From Mobula hypostoma (taxonomy: Eukaryota), in the NCBI RefSeq assembly GCF_963921235.1, contig NC_086097.1:145578001-145642000 (forward strand): a stretch of DNA of 64,000 bases, in the 5' to 3' direction. Positions 60,101 to 64,000 of the stretch are shown in pieces (positions within the stretch are counted from its first letter, which is position 1; each line of letters begins with the position of its first letter). The translations under genes and the position numbers were made by a program. Below the pieces are notes generated by a model. That model had not been told where the DNA came from. It saw only the letters and a list, made by a program, of their open reading frames with translations, and ran no database searches.

Positions 60101-61320
60101 TGTAGGCCTTGGTGGTGGCTTCTTTTTAATTTCCCTGCAAAATATAAAGTACACGACCAATGGTATTTGTTTCTCTGCACAAGTTTTGTTTTTCCTATAT
60201 AACACGTATTACTCTCATCATTCATTTCCTTTTATTCACAAGAAACACTGAAACCAACAGTACCCTATTGCAAAAGGCAATGATAAGATTCATGGTGATA
60301 TTTAAATATAACAGCAGCTTTGTACAAGCCTTCCTAGCAACATTTCAAAAACCTGTTTCGACATATTTATACTAGAAAAGGCCAAAAGATGGTAGTACTA
60401 GATTGGCATCACAGTAGCACAGCAATTAGCATAACGCTTTACAGCACCAGCAACCCGGTTTCAATTCACGCCATTGGCTGTAATGAATTTGTACATTCTC
60501 CCGATGACCACGTGGGTTTCCTCTAGGTTCTCCCCACAGTCCAAGTTAATTGGTCATTGTAAATTGTCCCATGATTGGGCTAGCGTTAAATCAAGGGTTG
60601 CTGGCTGGCGCTGCTCAAAGGGCCTGCTCCACGCAGAATATCAATAAACAAGTAAATATAACCAAGAATGGAAGTAGCGAATTAGGTGAAAACAGGAAAC
60701 ATACAAAATCAAAACTAATACAGATAACAAAGTATCATCTGATTCTGACTACTACATTGACACATTTGTTCTCACTTCAAATACAGTTCTTTTGTTATTT
60801 TCATCCCTCAACTACAAATGGAAACTAACTTTTCTCTCTCCCAGTTCAAAAGGTTATTGAACCTTAAAACGTTAAGGGATTCTCTTTCCACTGATGCAGC
60901 CTGGCTTGCTCATTTGTTTTCAGCATTATTTTTAACCAAAGGGCATAATAAATTTTATTTTATAAACATCTGCAGGCATTATTATTATATGGGCCAACTG
61001 AATTTATATACAGCAAGGTAAGTGATTGCTGCTGAAGCAGCTGAATTAAAGTTAAATCATCTGCACACCACTAATTTATGCTTTTGGATTACTAAATCAC
61101 TATAACCATATCACAATTTGTCTAAAATTATCAAGCTTACTGTTCCAACACCACTTGTCTTTGTTCTTCCTGAGATTTACAAACTTCTTTTGTTTTATCC
61201 AGTAGCCGGGTTACTTTGCTTTCCAAATCTGCATAAAATTCTTTTCCTTCTTGAGACTTCTTCATCAGGTCTTCATAAGCCTCAAATGATGCTACAAGCA
61301 TCTGAATAGTAATGTTCCAC
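47561..61320 (-). CDS. PTPN23: PTPN23 (HD-PTP, ESCRT-associated pseudophosphatase), 3' portion, spliced: complement(join(47561..48187,48484..48597,49407..49545,50355..50459,51989..52173,57626..60134,61141..61320)); the Bro1 and most V-domain exons lie beyond the window
   Basis: Seven exons with canonical ends and compatible phases encode YEDLMKKSQEGKEFYADLESK, KKKPPPRPTAPKP, KNRHQDIMPYD, WPELG, VHCSSGV, and the C-terminal DPLSLLDPLWTLNKM*, all characteristic of PTPN23. Confidence 0.98.
48484..48597 (-). CDS. PTPN23: PTPN23 exon (end of PTP domain)
   Basis: Minus strand tttgtag|CTCCAC...CAAAAG|gtatat; LHLKFCYETILKHVEQVLLRHGV. Confidence 0.95.
49407..49545 (-). CDS. PTPN23: PTPN23 exon (P-loop second half and Q-loop)
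   Basis: Minus strand ctttcag|TTCGGGA...GAAAAG|gtgaga; SGVRRTGAFCLVYAAIQEVEAGNGIPDLSRIVRKMRQQRKHMLQEK. Confidence 0.96.
50355..50459 (-). CDS. PTPN23: PTPN23 exon (PTP domain up to VVVHCS)
   Basis: Minus strand tttgtag|GGGGTTG...TGCAG|gtaacc; GLPDSKSHLLRFIQEVHGHYLHQRPLHTPVVVHC. Confidence 0.96.
50657..51745 (-). mobile_element. Penelope-like element, older 3' fragment
   Basis: Colinear with 26713..27850; GDRFVEHLCSI...ANHFNS, WDPTTKHMF; degenerate hammerhead box at 50747..50784. Confidence 0.9.
51989..52173 (-). CDS. PTPN23: PTPN23 exon (PTP domain, WPE loop)
   Basis: Minus strand tatgcag|CAAAAG...GAGCT|gtgagt; QKVVRYFPAERGQ...HLQFTSWPEL. Confidence 0.96.
53380..53655 (+). mobile_element. 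CR1 LINE 3' fragment
   Basis: RGNFTQLVLRVWKELP...TFKRNLDRY; similar to 6345..6650. Confidence 0.75.
53895..57524 (+). mobile_element. Rex1/Babar-type LINE, near full length (~3.6 kb; APE endonuclease plus RT), inactivated
   Basis: GC-rich 5' region starting AAGATAGCGCCGG; ORF 54686..56629 (CFTETWL, GDFN, LDHCY, SDH, GPDG, YRPVAL, PQGCVLSP, FADD) and ORF 56634..57290; TAG at 56627 plus a 2-nt deletion; (TAAAGTA)n tail. Confidence 0.95.
57626..60134 (-). CDS. PTPN23: PTPN23 large exon (2509 nt; PTAP motif, proline-rich region, start of the PTP domain)
   Basis: Minus strand tttgcag|GGAAATT...GAGAAG|gtaagt; lies inside ORF 57407..60205; EIKKKPPPRPTAPKP...DYINAS...IATQAPL...DFWLMIYEQKVSLIVMLVSEQEVEK. 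Confidence 0.97.
60405..60655 (+). mobile_element. tRNA-derived SINE (V-SINE/HE1-like)
   Basis: A-box-like gtagcacagcaattagc, B-box-like ggtttcaattc, core gtgggtttcctct...cacagtccaa...ttaattggtcattgtaaattgtcc, A-rich end. Confidence 0.75.
61141..61320 (-). CDS. PTPN23: PTPN23 exon (end of V/coiled-coil domain with the FYADL motif)
   Basis: Minus strand ttttacag|GTGGAAC...GAACA|gtaagc; WNITIQMLVASFEAYEDLMKKSQEGKEFYADLESKV. Confidence 0.96.
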
Positions 61321-62719
61321 CTGTAAAAAGAGAAAAAAGTTCATTTTAGCTTAAGGATTGAGTTTTGTGGTTTAACCACACACCAAGTAATGCATAAATG
61401 TGAGCAAAATATCATTAATGCAATGTAAATAACAAGATCACAAAATCTCTAAATTGGCACAAATATTCATTACATCCAGAATAGAACAAATAAGCAAATA
61501 ACATTTTAACCTGTCAGAGAATTTTAATAACCACCAAATTTCATCAATTGCAGGTATTAGGAGCTTGTAATGGAACTCCAAATTATGAAGCATACATTCA
61601 ATGCTACTATTATTGGTCCAAAACAACTAAGTGTGGGTTTCTTAGAATCTCTGCAAATGACTGCACCATAAATGCAATGAATCAATCCAATGGCTACTCA
61701 GCTAAGAGGGTTGCATAATTAAGTATTCAGATTTTCCATATCTTAAAGGGAATACAGTACAAGTTATTTTACAATGTTACTTGTGATAATCTCTTCTTCA
61801 TCCAAGTGATAAATTTACTATTTCTGTAATTTTCTATTCAGGTCAGTAATAAATGTTTAAAAAGCATGCAGAAAAAATTTACAAGTTTAAGAAATTCTTA
61901 CGAATGAAAGCTTCTCATCTAGTCCTTTTACATGGTAATTATACACTGTACACTAAAGTTTAAGATTTCAATTTTTCGTTTTATCTTTACGAAAATGTTA
62001 ATTTGCAACTTTCCACAAACTACCTGGACAAAATCAAGCAGCTATATTAATGTACTAGTACTCCAGAGATCAGGCATCAAAATCCAGAGATTTAAATTTA
62101 AGAACCACCATCCCACCCAGTGAATTAATTTAGTTCATTAAATAAGCTTTCACAAAAAAAAAGCCAGGATCACGAATAGTATCCATCAAACTACTGTGTC
62201 ACAGAATCCAAGCTGGCACATTAAAGTCAATTTAGGAACTGGTCTTACATCTTCTGATTTCTTCAAGGTTTTCAACCTACAGTTTATGCTTTAACTGTCC
62301 TTCACAAACTTTATCCAATCACAAATGCTGATAAATTTGGACGAATAATCTACATCAATTTGGGCACCAGATAGGAAAAATCCAAAAGCAATCGTGCAAA
62401 TTCAACTTTTGTTTACACATTAGGACTTGACCAAAACTTCAGTGTTGTCTAAAATCAGACATTTAATGGCCTAGCATTATCAGCATTGTACCTTTCAGCC
62501 AACAGCACGGAGCTCACATTTTCTGGACATCAATGTATGCCTGTGGTACACATTGGGATGAGGGGAGGCAATGACCCAGATATCCTCAGCACTGACTTGA
62601 TGATAGGTCACAAAGTGCAAATGAAAGCCCTGTTGGCAGCTGATGGAGTAACATCGTTTCAGATTGCTCCTACCCTGTTTACTTAATTGTCTCCTACCAG
62701 CCTTTTTTTTGAAACCTTA

Positions 62720-64000
62720 TTATAATGCTTTAATACTGCTTTGCTACGGCTGGGAAAAGAACAAAAGCTTCTGCTAAAGAAAGAGAAACAGAAAATGAAT
62801 CCCCAGTCACTCTGGATTCAATCAGTGACTTCCTTAAACAGCAAAAATCCGAACTTTCTGAGGATTTTCAACGACTTAACAGCAAACTGGATACAATTCA
62901 ACAAACTCTATCTAAGCATGAGATCCGAATTCAGGAAAATACTGCGAAGCTGCTGACACTTGAAGAGGACGCTGACAATACAATTAAACTCTGCAAAGAG
63001 TTATCTTTATCCAATGATAAAATGATGAAAAGGATCATCAGTCTCGAAAATAGAAACAGGAGAAATAATCTGCAAATTCTGGGTCTTGAAGAATCAATTG
63101 AAGGCACTGACCCTACGAAGTTTTTAATCAAACTTTCTGAAACAGCTATTCCCTGCTTTATTCACTTCCGAGCCGAAGCTCTATCAAGCATATCGCTCAC
63201 CGATTTTGATGGCATTGTCGGCGGCTGCAAGACCCAGATCAGTCATTCTAAGCTTTCATGAATTTCGTATTAAAGACCTTAAAATTCACCATACCCGTCG
63301 ACAAGGAATGATCGATTTCCAAAGTTAAAAGGTTAGATTCCTGGAAGACTATTCGCCTGAAGTTACGGCTGATCGCATGAAGTATACAGTTATATCGGAA
63401 TTTTACAATAAAGGATATAAACCATTCCTTCAGTTTCCTGCCCGTCTGAGTATTGTTTTGAAGGACAGATTGAGAAAAAGAATAAAGTTGGATGAAGAAG
63501 CAGAAGAGTTTCTGAAGGATGAAGTCTAAAACTGATATTTCTTATTTAATCAATTTTTTCTTCTGTTAATATGAATTTGAAATAAGGTTTCATTAAGCTT
63601 ATGTTTTGGCTGTTCATATATTGCCTTTCGTTATTTTTTTGATACTTTTTTATTATATCCCTTTTTGAGGCTTTATTTTAATACAGCTTTCTTTGAATTT
63701 GTTTTAAACTGATCCTTTCATATTTTCGAATACTGAGTTATTTTTCTTTTTATGTTGTGTCTTGGCAGGGACATAATAACCTTGTAGAACTGGAGTTTTT
63801 TGTCAACAGGATTTTTTGGGGAGGGAACGTAGTTCTTAGCTCGCTGACTGCTTATTGGTCAACTTTCTTGCTTTGGGTGGGGGAGGGGTAGGGTCTATTT
63901 TTTCCTCTGGGAGCTGTGTTGGGTTGAATATATGATTGTTTGTCTGAATACCTACCTTACGGTTTACTTTCTAGTTTTAATAACTTATGGCCAGATCTTT
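62720..64000 (+). mobile_element. L1-type LINE fragment: frameshifted ORF1 followed by a T-rich inter-ORF spacer
   Basis: RIISLENRNRRNNLQILGLEESIEGTDPTKF, then pieces PRSVIL, RFLEDYSPEV, FLQFPARL, typical of L1 ORF1p; ends near 63529. Confidence 0.85.

Noticed and set aside
57407..60205. 932-aa ORF as a single-exon gene or a PTPN23-LINE fusion
   Set aside because: Homology stops at the canonical splice sites 60134 and 57626. The extensions are intron read-through, the last part running into the antisense Rex1 3' UTR.
60405..60480. tRNA gene
   Set aside because: The A/B-box-like sequence runs directly into a SINE core and does not form a cloverleaf.
1..64000. CRISPR arrays, operons or prokaryotic defence systems
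   Set aside because: The DNA is spliceosomal-intron-containing vertebrate sequence, and I saw no regularly spaced repeat-spacer array.

Overview
Eukaryotic (vertebrate) genomic DNA. The repeat content (Rex1/Babar, CR1, Penelope, V-SINE/HE1-like SINEs, Tc1) and protein divergence suggest a cartilaginous fish; this is inference. The window holds the 3' parts of two convergent intron-containing genes. SCAP (SREBP cleavage-activating protein) is on the + strand with 12 coding exons from 2025 to the stop at 31357, covering loop 6, TM7, loop 7, TM8 and the WD40 domain. PTPN23/HD-PTP is on the - strand with 7 coding exons from 61320 down to the stop at 47561, covering the end of the V/CC domain, the proline-rich region, the PTP-like domain and the C-tail. 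All exons were placed by hand with GT-AG ends and consistent phases. The tail-to-tail pairing matches human 3p21. Introns are dense in transposons: three young Rex1 LINE copies (one near full length), two Tc1 elements, Tc1-like MITEs, many CR1 fragments, an L1 ORF1, and Penelope-like elements, several with exact target-site duplications; a hAT-like MITE lies between the genes. I found no evidence for a wholly new multi-gene system. The best second-look items are: a minimal hammerhead-ribozyme motif in the Penelope copies; a 169-bp palindromic Penelope derivative with a TSD; a Gly-to-Arg change in the PTPN23 P-loop (HCSSGVRRT); a rare GAG splice acceptor before SCAP TM7; and a candidate bidirectional polyadenylation zone near 40.1-40.4 kb that would imply very long 3' UTRs. 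Comparisons with human proteins are from memory, not from a database search.
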